Origin: an uncultured Cytophagia bacterium | GTDB taxonomy: Bacteria; Zhuqueibacterota; Zhuqueibacteria; Oleimicrobiales; Geothermoviventaceae | Length of the DNA: 56,425 nucleotides | Direction of reading: 5' to 3' | NCBI GenBank assembly: GCA_964464205.1 | Contig: CAYXFI010000001.1 | Location: 1 to 56,425, forward strand | Part shown: piece after piece, positions 43,801-52,647 of the stretch | How the letters are laid out: each line of letters starts with the position of its first letter | Position numbering within the stretch: position 1 is the stretch's first letter | Notes under the pieces: model-generated | The model's database searches: none | What the model saw: only the letters and a program-made list of their open reading frames with translations | Told to the model about the DNA's origin: nothing | Position numbers and translations under genes: made by a program

Positions 43801-46800
43801 GGCGGCGAGTTTCTTGGCGGCGGTGTCCCCGGCCTCTGATGCGGCGACGAATTCCTTGGTCGCCGACTCCAGCTCATTCTGGAGTCTGACGTAATGCAGC
43901 AGCATCGCGGCGTGCTCGCGCTCCGTAAGCACGTCGGTCGAGGTCGCGATCTTCGCAACCAGCTTGTTCGGCAGGTCTGGGTCCGTCAGAAGCATTCCGC
44001 TGGCATCTTCCACCCATTCGGAGAACGTCTCAGAAGTTTCTCGGGTGGGAGGCAGCGCAGCCTCGCCGCGGACAGCACGCTGGACCTCCACCATCGCGTT
44101 TTTGAGCGAGTAGACGGTTTCGGCGACGTCCATGAGCTCCGTTTCAGGCGGACCGCTCGGTTCGCTGGGCCCCTCGGGCGGCGGATGCGGCGTCTCTTCT
44201 GGCGCGAGTTCCATACCTTCCGGCCCGAGCCGCTTTTGGTAGGAGTTCCACACGCGAGCCATCAGGGGGCGGATCTCATCGGCGTATTCGGCGCCCTGGG
44301 ACTCCGCAACGTTCTCCATGAGAACCTGGAATCGAGTTACGCCGATCTTGACCTGCGCAGCGACGTACTTCGCAACAGCGCGGATCAGCTCCGGGTCAAC
44401 GCCGACCGTGATCTTTTTCTTCTTGATGAGCTGGTTGATCGTATCCAGGGCGTCACTGGACTCTTTGTAGAGCCGATCGAGCTTCTCGGCCTTTGTTTTT
44501 GGTGCGGCTTCTTCTTGTGCAGCTTTCTCTCGCTGGGCTTTATCTTTTGCGAACTCTTCCGGGGTCATCCTCGCCTTATCGATCCACCGCTCTCGCTTCT
44601 TCCTGGAAGGCTTTTCCTCTTTCTTTCTCAGCCGTTTGTTGCGAGCTTCTTCCGTCTCGCCGAATTCAGCAAGCTCGTTCTCTCGCATGAACCAATCGGC
44701 GAGCTCATCGGCTGTTGCAGCGTCCCAATCCGGAGGCTGCATTTCCAGCTCGACGTTTGCCTGTTCAATGTCTTCCGGTCTGATGTCCTCTTTCAGATAA
44801 GGAAGGTAGGCAGCATCACCAAGTTCACTTTCCAGGCGATCGGCAACGGTTTGAAGCCACTGGGGGTTGTCAAGACGGAATGTCTCGCGCTTCGCCGGCG
44901 CAGGACCGAGTTTTACCAAAAGATCAGCATAGGCTTGAGCGTCGGCCATCGGATCTTCAGTATCCTCGAACTTGACTTTCGCAAACAGATCAGGAAAGTC
45001 ATAAGAAAGACTCATTGCGGCATCATCAAGACCCTTGAAGTATCGCCAGTCGTGTTCCTCCAGAACCTTGTAGTCACCCGGTTTGAACTTCGCTAACTCG
45101 CGAGCGCGCCGCTCGAAGTCCTTAACATGCTGCCACTCGGCTCTTGCTTCCCTGTAGCCCCTTTGCACTTCCTCTACAAACAGCCCAGGGATTATTCCTT
45201 GTTTCTCTGCGAAGTCGAGGATGTTTTCATCGATGTCCTTGATTTCCTCGACCAGGTTGATTTTCGACTTTCCCTTGTAGGCAAGGCCGCGGTTCTCGGC
45301 TTCTTTTCTGAGCGCAACAACGCTGTAGTCCTTCGCCTTCATGCCGCGCCATCGGCCCTTCCGCTCTCGTTTGGGACGCGGCTTTGTCGGCTCAGGCGGA
45401 GGGGGTTTCCTTAGCTGTACTTGCTTTTCTTCTTGTGGCGGCTTTTCTTCTGATACTTGCTGCTCCTCTTGTCCGCCTCGACGAACTCCCTCGCCACCTT
45501 CTGGCTCGGGCCCTTGAACCGGCTCGGTTTCCACCCGTGTGCGATCGCCAGCATCAGGCGGTGCTGTTTCCTGCTCTTGGACGGCATCGGTTGTTTCCTC
45601 CTCTAACGTGGCTTCCTGCTCTTGGATGATCTGTTCGATCTCCTCCTCGTGCTCTCGAACGTACTCCTCGCGCTGTTTCGCGCTGTCCGTGTCGCCTTCC
45701 GGCAACTCAGCTTCTTTCTTCAGCTCATTGACCTCGCGGCGAGACGGAGCTTCTCCCTTCTTGACCTTTTGCTTGACCGTTTCCCAGATCTCGCGGCGGT
45801 TCTGGACAGCTTCTTTCGCTTTGGAAACGACAGGCGGCGCAATCTGAGGGGACTCGACAAGCCCGACTGTCATCAACGTTTGCACCGTCGTATCAAACGC
45901 AGTTTGAAGAAGACGACCAGGGGTTGTCGCCTCGGGATCAACACCTGAGAAGCTGCTTGCGACGTTATGGCCGAGCTCCGTAATGAGCTCTTCCGGCACC
46001 TCCTCTAGCGCCGTGATGCCGGCTTTCTTCAGACCCGAAACGATCCCGATGCTAGCAGCTTCAGCTCCTTTCTTCCCGAAGAGTTTCCCGAGCTGTTTCT
46101 CGACGCCGCCGAGCCCAAGTCGCTGAAAAACGATCGCGGGAACTGCCTCAATCACCCCTTGCCCCGCAATGTAGCGAGTCAGCTCAGGACCCTTAAGTCC
46201 TGCGTCCCAACCTTCTGTCATCGCCCGATCGGCTTCATCGGCCGCGGCAAGCCCGGTCGCTCCGTAGGGCCCAGCAACAGCTGCTCCAGCCACCATCGTT
46301 GGGAGCATGACGGCAACGCCGCGAGCTGCGCGTTTGAGCCAAGCTGGAGTCCAGCTGTTTGATTGCTGCTCTTGCTCTTCGATCGCCTGACCGATCGCTG
46401 CTGACTTTCGCTGAAGCCGGCCCATCGTGCCAACGTCGCCGGCTGCGCTGCTCGCCATTGCTCCGATGTTGGCGCCCAATTGTCGCAGCACCGCTTCCGC
46501 GTTCGGCATCGCAGAATCCTTGAGCTGCTCACGCGCCGTGGAAAGCTCGGATTCTTTCTGCCTCTGGGCGTCGAGCCTGCTCAACCGCTCCCGTTCCTTG
46601 TCGTGGAGCTGCATCAGTGTTTCCGGCTTTGCGCCCTTCGGAATGTCTAGCTCGAACTGATACCGGCCGCCCTTACCGCGGAGGTATCGGTCGCCCTCGA
46701 TGAGGCCGAACTGCTCGCCTTTCTTGAGCTCGCCTCGTTGATACGCCTTGAAGGCATCGAAGTAAGTCTTGAAGTGGCGCAGCCGCTCAACGGGAACATC

Positions 46801-47085
46801 AAGCTGCTTTACTGGCGCAGCTGCTCCGCTTTCCGGAGTCTTGAGCGGAAATAGCGGTCTGAACCCCAGCGCTCGCATTTCTTCGGGAGAGGGAGCTCGG
46901 CCGCCTGGGCCTACTGCTGCTGGAAACAGCGGCCGAAGCCCTCTTGCCCGCATCTCCTCCGGAGTCGGGCCGAGTGGAGCTTGCGGCTCAGCAGATCGCT
47001 TCTTGGGGCGTCGTTTCCTACCGCCCCACAGCAACAAGGAGTTGCCGGGCGACCCCTGATCAAGAAATTCCTCGTAAGCCGGCAT
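40828..47085 (-). CDS. Giant (~2085 aa) virion-block protein; ejection, internal or tape-measure-like candidate
   Basis: ATG 47085 lies 2 nt after the upstream stop (the ORF track start at 47100 is TTG). Long charged helical regions. SAP/HeH-like SVVALRKEAENRGLAYKGKSKINLVEEI. N-terminal duplicate PEEMRA.G.RPLFP. C-terminal hydrophobic helices (ALMGYGLFYGSLALIGGAMAAMG). Confidence 0.65.
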   Translation of the reverse strand: MPAYEEFLDQGSPGNSLLLWGGRKRRPKKRSAEPQAPLGPTPEEMRARGLRPLFPAAVGPGGRAPSPEEMRALGFRPLFPLKTPESGAAAPVKQLDVPVERLRHFKTYFDAFKAYQRGELKKGEQFGLIEGDRYLRGKGGRYQFELDIPKGAKPETLMQLHDKERERLSRLDAQRQKESELSTAREQLKDSAMPNAEAVLRQLGANIGAMASSAAGDVGTMGRLQRKSAAIGQAIEEQEQQSNSWTPAWLKRAARGVAVMLPTMVAGAAVAGPYGATGLAAADEADRAMTEGWDAGLKGPELTRYIAGQGVIEAVPAIVFQRLGLGGVEKQLGKLFGKKGAEAASIGIVSGLKKAGITALEEVPEELITELGHNVASSFSGVDPEATTPGRLLQTAFDTTVQTLMTVGLVESPQIAPPVVSKAKEAVQNRREIWETVKQKVKKGEAPSRREVNELKKEAELPEGDTDSAKQREEYVREHEEEIEQIIQEQEATLEEETTDAVQEQETAPPDAGDRTRVETEPVQGPEPEGGEGVRRGGQEEQQVSEEKPPQEEKQVQLRKPPPPEPTKPRPKRERKGRWRGMKAKDYSVVALRKEAENRGLAYKGKSKINLVEEIKDIDENILDFAEKQGIIPGLFVEEVQRGYREARAEWQHVKDFERRARELAKFKPGDYKVLEEHDWRYFKGLDDAAMSLSYDFPDLFAKVKFEDTEDPMADAQAYADLLVKLGPAPAKRETFRLDNPQWLQTVADRLESELGDAAYLPYLKEDIRPEDIEQANVELEMQPPDWDAATADELADWFMRENELAEFGETEEARNKRLRKKEEKPSRKKRERWIDKARMTPEEFAKDKAQREKAAQEEAAPKTKAEKLDRLYKESSDALDTINQLIKKKKITVGVDPELIRAVAKYVAAQVKIGVTRFQVLMENVAESQGAEYADEIRPLMARVWNSYQKRLGPEGMELAPEETPHPPPEGPSEPSGPPETELMDVAETVYSLKNAMVEVQRAVRGEAALPPTRETSETFSEWVEDASGMLLTDPDLPNKLVAKIATSTDVLTEREHAAMLLHYVRLQNELESATKEFVAASEAGDTAAKKLAADRQMELLEKIRSVESATKEAGTRASYSLMARKVVLAADYSLAGLTRRVMASKGAALTSEELATLQKLAEQIKGWQDQFEDLLIQDAFDATVAEAREEVKRGAGPAPEGRGPGAEPIPPAERPGRRRESKRRRAARSKKDAAVAKLRESLKSFARGETATIGGFPPEVIRDAANVAAAYMELGVVTFQEYFQNLKVDLGEDEAAKYHDLAREGWKQAKLDFASDTFDVTTEETEEIYDLAYKMVKSIVTSWAEEGRTLEGRSDEEKAAMREEIADQVHGELSEMFGESWSRLDTLKAIAAYDRFRPLNKTEVLQEVRRIRGELTQIARLIDIENGKAPPKKGMEQYRPEDEQRRLEKKVREAMKLAKFGPFDPARRLKTTLSSVKTAIRNSIRDMQYEIAHKERITRDKVKLEEDAELKELRRQLAEVKKLHRQVFPKAPPTEEELERRTVKTLDRLIKNMEKDLAEGRIWGKPRTVRRSEAIDARRARLEALKAEREALRQKERPDYAYNAQLQKRLADYLDRIARGDFAKRRRPERQHTQEQLDVLYKIEQAKKEIRLYQEVLEREKFNTVERGFDMIARTLNTSRAVLTSFEFSGLLRQGGWVAASHPKLTKNTVRPMIESALSDQSHFEVMEEIRNRENAPIYYRAGLAITDILGDFTAQEEAYAGHLFKKAGTGGWLGAGVRGSERAYVTVLNKMRADLFDQMADKIARDREITMDEAKLIADYVNIATGRGPLGALERSAQNLGITFFAPRYVMSRFQLMIGYPLWKPLKKEGHIAWGDANQARKLIAKEYGRALMGYGLFYGSLALIGGAMAAMGADDDNIPKIEINPLSTDFGKIRFGNTRLDPLAGLSQTAVVSSQVILGKRKTAGGRVVALRGPERPYGGRTTMGTVGRFMRTKLSPWLGGIANYFNGENIVGEKVTAVSLAKDALIPITTRDIYEAMREQGVPKGAALSLLAIFGVGLQTYQARRPAPKRRKLRLKLNLP

Positions 47086-47087
47086 GA

Positions 47088-47906
47088 TCACGGTCCCCAA
47101 GCGTTGCCGTACATGTCTCTCGAAATACCGAGTATTTTGTTGGCTTCTGTTATGGCTTCCTCGGTACTCATCCCTTCATTTGAACTTTTCAGATCGGCGA
47201 TCAGTGCGGCTCTCTTCTCCATCAATGCGGCTCTCGCTTCCTGCAACTGCTGTTGTTGCTGAGCTTCGAGCATCTGTTTTCGTTGTGTCTCGGACACAAG
47301 CTGACCAACCCCGCCACCCTGTAGAGGATATGACCCCGGGTATTCCTCCTTTGTCCAACCAACAACCCTTTGCTTCATCATCTCTTCAGGAGAAAGCGGC
47401 TGGTATCCCTTTGCCAAGATGCTGTCGATCTCATCATGAAGAAGCCGCTTGCGGTTCAGGTAATCAGTATAGTCCCCTCCGCCATGGGCCTGTTGATTCC
47501 GCCACTGCTTCTCTAACTCATCGAGGTTCTGCTTCGCCTTCTCCAGGGCGATCTCTTGAGACTGATCCAGCTGGAGCTTCCCCTTCGTCTTGTCGGCCAG
47601 CATGTCTCGGCGCCGCCAGCCCTGGAGCATCTGGTCGCGCAAGGTGCGCTCGCCGAAGCGAGACCTGGCGTACTTCTCCTGGAAGGAAAAGCCGCTCTGC
47701 TGCATCTCCTGGCGATTCCGCCAATCTTCTGCCTGCATCTCCCGGCGGTTTTGCCAGTCGGTTTCTTGCATCGCCTGGCGATTTTGCCAGTCTTGGTTTT
47801 GCTGCCAGATCCCCAGTTGAGCCAGCGATGCAATTCCAGGTCCGCCCATCCCCGTGCGAACGCCTCGATACCCGCTACCGCCGCCGTATTTGAGCCTAAT
47901 GGGCAT
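47088..47906 (-). CDS. Q/N/R-rich helical protein (272 aa)
   Basis: ATG 47906 (MPIRLKYGGG). Three DWQNR..MQ 11-aa repeats. Confidence 0.5.
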   Translation of the reverse strand: MPIRLKYGGGSGYRGVRTGMGGPGIASLAQLGIWQQNQDWQNRQAMQETDWQNRREMQAEDWRNRQEMQQSGFSFQEKYARSRFGERTLRDQMLQGWRRRDMLADKTKGKLQLDQSQEIALEKAKQNLDELEKQWRNQQAHGGGDYTDYLNRKRLLHDEIDSILAKGYQPLSPEEMMKQRVVGWTKEEYPGSYPLQGGGVGQLVSETQRKQMLEAQQQQQLQEARAALMEKRAALIADLKSSNEGMSTEEAITEANKILGISRDMYGNAWGP

Positions 47907-48558
47907 GGACAAGCTCCTTTTCCTTCTTTCGCCAATGAGGCTGGATCGGGACGTAAGCCGCGATCTTGACGGCCTCGTCGATCTGCTCCTGTGTTGGCTC
48001 AATTCCCAAGTCGTCGATCAGGCGCAAGACGTGACCGAGCGGGTCGTCCACGTACCGCCTCGACTCGACAAAAATCGCGTCGTGATTAAGAGCTGCGTCG
48101 GCCGACTCCGCCCACAGCTTGCTTTCGATCTTGCATACCCACCTCCTAGACCAGTGCATCTGGAAGCGGAGCGCCTCGAAATGGCTCTCGGTGAATAACA
48201 GCTCCGGACGAACGTAGCAGTAAATCACCTTCGTGTCATCGCCCCACGCGGCAATCACATCATCAACGCAGAGAGAAAGCATCGGATGCGACAGCGCGTA
48301 ATGCTCGCTCTCCATTTCAGCGTACATCGCCCATTCCGTGAAGAAGCCATGCCGCTCCGCTCTGGAGGCTTCGTCACTCATATCGGGGAGCGGGAACCAT
48401 TTCATGATCGCTTCTTTCAGGAGCGGGTCCCTGTACGCGCAGATCGGAGACTTCTCGATCGCGAACTTTCGCATTCCGAGCAGGACGCCGAGGCGATGCA
48501 GGATGCCGGCTATCCTGAACATGCTCGAATTGTAGGTTCCGATCGTGATGGCTTTCAT
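47896..48558 (-). CDS. Hypothetical 220-aa protein, tentatively sulfotransferase-fold
   Basis: ATGA overlap with the upstream mucin-like gene. KAITIGTYNSSMFRIAGILHRLG, AYRDPLL and C-terminal YVDDPLGHVLRLIDDLGI loosely resemble sulfotransferase 5'-PSB, 3'-PB and C-terminal signatures. A weak match, judged by eye. Confidence 0.5.
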   Translation of the reverse strand: MKAITIGTYNSSMFRIAGILHRLGVLLGMRKFAIEKSPICAYRDPLLKEAIMKWFPLPDMSDEASRAERHGFFTEWAMYAEMESEHYALSHPMLSLCVDDVIAAWGDDTKVIYCYVRPELLFTESHFEALRFQMHWSRRWVCKIESKLWAESADAALNHDAIFVESRRYVDDPLGHVLRLIDDLGIEPTQEQIDEAVKIAAYVPIQPHWRKKEKELVHAH

Positions 48559-50618
48559 GGCGCTGGTGATGGAGATGGAGAAGGCGTCGGTGTTGGAGTC
48601 AACGTTGCCGAAGGCGTGTTCGATGGAGTCGAACTCGGCGTATTCGACGGGGACGAGGACGGCGTTGAGGATGGAGTTTGCGAGGGAGTCTGCGAAGGAG
48701 TGCTGCTCGGAGTCTGCGAGGGAGTCTGCGAGGGAGTCTGCGAAGGAGTGCTGCTCGGAGTCTGCGAGGGAGTCTGAGAAGGAGTCTGCGAAGGAGTTTG
48801 CGACGGAGTCTGCGAGGGAGTCTGCGAAGGAGTCTGCGAAGGAGTCTGCGACGGAGTCTGCGAGGGAGTCTGAGAAGGAGTTTGTGAGGGGGTGCTGCTC
48901 GGGGTGCTGGAAAGCGTACTCGAAGGAGTTGAGCTCGGAGTCGAGCTTGGCGTGCTCGTTGGTGTTGTGCTCGGCGTGCTAGAAGGCGTCGAACTTGGGC
49001 TCGGCGTACTAGAAGGCGTCGAGCTGGGCGTTGAGCTAGGACTGGGCGTGCTACTTGGCGTCGAAGACGGCGTGCTGCTCGGAGTCGAGCTTGGGCTCGG
49101 CGTTGAACTGGGCGTGCTGCTTGGCGTCGAGCTGGGACTCGGAGTCGAGCTGGGAGTGCTGCTGGGAGTCTGCGAAGGCGTCTGCGAAGGCGTCTGAGAA
49201 GGAGTTTGCGAAGGCGTCTGAGAAGGAGTTTGCGACGGGGTCTGCGAGGGCGTCTGAGAGGGTGTCTGAGAAGGTGTCTGCGAAGGAGTGCTGCTCGGAG
49301 TCGAACTCGGGCTTGGTGTGCTAGACGGCGTACTAGACGGCGTGCTGGATGGAGTCGAGCTCGGGCTCGGCGTACTCGACGGCGTTGAAGAAACCGTACT
49401 TGACGGCGTTGAAGAAACCGTACTCGACGGAGTGCTGCTCGGAGTCTGAGAAGGCGTCTGCGAAGGAGTGCTACTAGGAGTTGAGCTTGGACTCGGCGTG
49501 CTACTCGGCGTTGACGAAGGAGTTGAACTCGGAGTACCTGACGGAGAACTTGAAGGAGTCGAACTTGGCGTACTGGAGACAGTGCTGGAAGGAGTTGAAC
49601 TCGGAGTGCTGGAAGGAAGTATTCCTCCACAATCGCCGGCGTTCAGAACAAACCAAAAATCCGCAACCATTCGCGGCGGGTGAATGTACACCAGCGTTCC
49701 AACAGGAAGATATCCGGCAACGTTCAACGGATGATTTTCAACGATACCAATGGCATCTAGAATACGAACCTCGCAATCTGTTAATGCTATTTGATTAGCA
49801 AACCCTTCGCTCAAAAGATACGCATGATCACTAAGGATCTTGGCATAACCAGTGCTACATGGTGGCAAGACGGTTGTCAAAATAGCTCTTCTGAGACGTT
49901 CCGCTCTCCATGTTCGTCCTGCTGTATTCAAGTCCATCCAGAGTATTGGATTACCATCATAATCAGTGAGCGCATCGTATGGATCATCTGACGAAACAGT
50001 ATAACCAACCCACTCCGGCCTAGCTTCATAGTTATCTAAATCCCTTCCAAGATCCCCGGGGTATGGGTGTTCTGAATTATAAACTGCTGACTTCGGAACG
50101 TTCTCTCCATGGATGCCCCACATTCTAGCGGCAACAATGAGCTCGCCGATATAGTAAGCTGGCCACACAGTCTCGAAATACTGTATCTCTTCGATTCCTT
50201 CTGGGCCTCCTTCCACTACCTGGGTTTTGTATTCAACAGTTCTGTAGTACGGCAAATAGTGAGAAAAAGAAGGCGGGGGGTTTTGGTATCGCTGCGATGT
50301 TTCTGGATAACTGCTATAGTTGCCCGGGTTATGCTCTTCTCGCTTCCCGAAATCAAATTGCTTGCCGTAAATCCGAAATGATTCACGCAACAATGGAGGC
50401 CGTGCAACGTTCACTGATTCTAAATATGAACGGTGAAATGGGTCCCAGCCTTCACACTCAAGGAAGTCTGCATGAATGTACTTGACCCGCATGACCGCCA
50501 GATAGGACGGTTGGGGCAGAATGCCTAGAGGCGCAGTCGCTCCGGTCCTGGGGTCCCAGGGAGGCTCCTGACGAAATTCAGGAGCCAGCTTTCGGTATCG
50601 CTTTGGAGGCCTTGCCAT
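48555..50618 (-). CDS. Virion-block protein: ~335-aa globular head plus ~350-aa Ser/Thr/Pro tandem-repeat (mucin-like) tail
   Basis: Repeat tail of SSTP, SQTP and PSPS units running to the C terminus. In the structural gene block. Confidence 0.75.
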   Translation of the reverse strand: MARPPKRYRKLAPEFRQEPPWDPRTGATAPLGILPQPSYLAVMRVKYIHADFLECEGWDPFHRSYLESVNVARPPLLRESFRIYGKQFDFGKREEHNPGNYSSYPETSQRYQNPPPSFSHYLPYYRTVEYKTQVVEGGPEGIEEIQYFETVWPAYYIGELIVAARMWGIHGENVPKSAVYNSEHPYPGDLGRDLDNYEARPEWVGYTVSSDDPYDALTDYDGNPILWMDLNTAGRTWRAERLRRAILTTVLPPCSTGYAKILSDHAYLLSEGFANQIALTDCEVRILDAIGIVENHPLNVAGYLPVGTLVYIHPPRMVADFWFVLNAGDCGGILPSSTPSSTPSSTVSSTPSSTPSSSPSGTPSSTPSSTPSSTPSPSSTPSSTPSQTPSQTPSSTPSSTVSSTPSSTVSSTPSSTPSPSSTPSSTPSSTPSSTPSPSSTPSSTPSQTPSQTPSQTPSQTPSQTPSQTPSQTPSQTPSQTPSQTPSSTPSSTPSPSSTPSSTPSSTPSPSSTPSSTPSSTPSSTPSPSSTPSSTPSSTPSPSSTPSSTPSTTPTSTPSSTPSSTPSSTLSSTPSSTPSQTPSQTPSQTPSQTPSQTPSQTPSQTPSQTPSQTPSQTPSQTPSSTPSQTPSQTPSQTPSSTPSQTPSQTPSSTPSSSPSNTPSSTPSNTPSATLTPTPTPSPSPSPAP
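48558..49617 (-). repeat. ~1.06-kb array of 12-nt (4-codon) S/T/P-coding units
   Basis: ggagtctgcgaa / ggagtctgcgag / ggcgtgctgctc type units visible throughout. Confidence 0.9.
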
Positions 50619-50619
50619 G

Positions 50620-52635
50620 TCACTCGGAAGCCCATTGGGTCGGTCCAGACGCCGCCAGGTCCATGATCATCTGCGTGATGTGAGGGAAATCCACGTACTC
50701 GTCGGTGCGGCGCTCCATGAAGCCGAACATGCCGACTGCTAGGTTGTTGCGGGCGTCCAACTGGAACTTCATGAGGTTTTGCTGCGCGTTGTTCACGTCC
50801 GTCAACCCGCCGGCGAACTGGAACCGCGTCTGCATCGCCATCGCCGCCGTGCGCTCGCGGACCCCGCTCAAAAACTGACCGGCCGCAATTGCCTGTTGCG
50901 TGTACCGAGCAAGGCTGGAGCCGTGCTGCTCAATGTACCGGTTCAAAAACGTCAAGATCTCCTGCTGCGACCTGGATGCGAACGCATCCACGGCATTTCT
51001 GGCCGCAAGCTCCTTGTCGTAGAGATTGGTGGTTTGCTGCCGGACACGGTTCAATGCCTCGGCAAACCGCTGCCGATTGCCGATTTTCATCTCTTGGATC
51101 GCACGGCGCAAAACGTAGACGCGATCCTTCCCTGCAATCACCGCCTGTCGGGCCTGCTGACCCCAGCTGAACACCTTCTCGCGGACAGCCGATTCCTGAG
51201 ACAAGAAAACGTTGCGAGCGTCCTTGATCGATCCATGAAGCCCAACAATGATCTTTTTCAGGCTGACCGACTGCTCGTAGAGTTTCGCCGACCACTCAGC
51301 TCGATACTTGAGCGCCGCCGAAATCAAGCTATGAATGTAGGCCTCGCCGGCAGTCTGCTTATCTCGGACCTTGAACAACTGACCGTAGAGCATGTGCTCG
51401 TTCTGGAGCTTCTCTCGCGCCAACCGGTCGTTGTGCTGTCCGAGATCCTCGCTCCGCTCCCGCTCCGCAAGAGCATCGATCGTGGTGATCAATGCCGAGG
51501 AGTAGAACCCGCGATCGGTGAGCTTCTGCCGATTCTCCGCCTTCACGTTATCCCACTTCTCATTGATCCGAGCCGTCTCAGTCGTCCCAAGATCCACCAG
51601 CAACGCTCGCGTTGTCGCCGCGTGAGTCGTGTAATCCGAGACGAACAGATTCAGAATCGTCCGATAGGTCCCCTCGTGACCGTCAAGCTCAGTGTCCAAG
51701 TCGCTCAGGTAGCCGTTCACCGCGCTGGTAAGCGAGTTGAGCTCGCTCTCCATTGACGTGATCGCCGATAGCGTCTCGGTGCGGTAAGTGGTGTAGGACT
51801 CCTCAAAATCATCGATCAGCGCGAGAAGCTGAGTCTCAACCGTCGTAACCGCAGTTTCCAACGCCGCCAGCTTCGCCTCGTAATCCGTCACATGAGTTGA
51901 CAGGGTTGCATCGTCAGCGGTTTCCAGACCAAGGACCTCGTTCCTCAACAGCGTGTGATCCGTTTCGAGCTGAGTAAGCATACCAGCAACGCGAGACGTG
52001 AACTGAGTAAGGCTCGTCCCTTGAGTCGTCAGAAGACTCTCGATCTCCGCTTTGAAACTACTGTTCCCAGATTCCAGCTCGTTCAGCTTCGCCACAAACG
52101 CATTCAGCTTATCAACCGCATCGTCGAACACAGAAGCAGAATCAACCCGCGTCATGTCCAGATAGAAGTCGATCTGCGAGATGATCGAGTCAAGCGTGTT
52201 GACGAACAGCGTCTCATACGCATTGCTCGCATACGCTTGGCGGTTCAGATGCGAGTGGGTGTGGCTCAGAAGATCCGAGTACATCACCACGAGGTCGTCG
52301 TAGCGAGTGTCGTTGAGATTACGACCCTCGTTAAACAGGGAAATATACTTCAGGAGAAGCGTATTCAAGCCGGTCTTGTTCTTGAACGAAGTCCTCCGCA
52401 GCTTATACTTGCGCTCCGGCGGCCTTCCATCCACCTCTTGACTCTCGACGACCACCCATCCCTGAGCAAGCAACCACCCAAGCTCCCGCTCGCTTACCCA
52501 CTCGTCATTTTCAATCGGGTCCGGAATGGTCTCTTCTTCAAACCAGTTCGTGACGTCGATATTGGCCGCAGGCGCAGGGTCCTGGTCGTGCCAGTACGCA
52601 TACGGGTATGCGTATTCCATTCCGCCGATGGTCAT
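50620..52635 (-). CDS. Helical, coiled-coil-rich virion-block protein (671 aa)
   Basis: Long ORF, tightly packed. No motif recognised. Confidence 0.55.
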   Translation of the reverse strand: MTIGGMEYAYPYAYWHDQDPAPAANIDVTNWFEEETIPDPIENDEWVSERELGWLLAQGWVVVESQEVDGRPPERKYKLRRTSFKNKTGLNTLLLKYISLFNEGRNLNDTRYDDLVVMYSDLLSHTHSHLNRQAYASNAYETLFVNTLDSIISQIDFYLDMTRVDSASVFDDAVDKLNAFVAKLNELESGNSSFKAEIESLLTTQGTSLTQFTSRVAGMLTQLETDHTLLRNEVLGLETADDATLSTHVTDYEAKLAALETAVTTVETQLLALIDDFEESYTTYRTETLSAITSMESELNSLTSAVNGYLSDLDTELDGHEGTYRTILNLFVSDYTTHAATTRALLVDLGTTETARINEKWDNVKAENRQKLTDRGFYSSALITTIDALAERERSEDLGQHNDRLAREKLQNEHMLYGQLFKVRDKQTAGEAYIHSLISAALKYRAEWSAKLYEQSVSLKKIIVGLHGSIKDARNVFLSQESAVREKVFSWGQQARQAVIAGKDRVYVLRRAIQEMKIGNRQRFAEALNRVRQQTTNLYDKELAARNAVDAFASRSQQEILTFLNRYIEQHGSSLARYTQQAIAAGQFLSGVRERTAAMAMQTRFQFAGGLTDVNNAQQNLMKFQLDARNNLAVGMFGFMERRTDEYVDFPHITQMIMDLAASGPTQWASE

Positions 52636-52647
52636 GATGCAGTCAGC

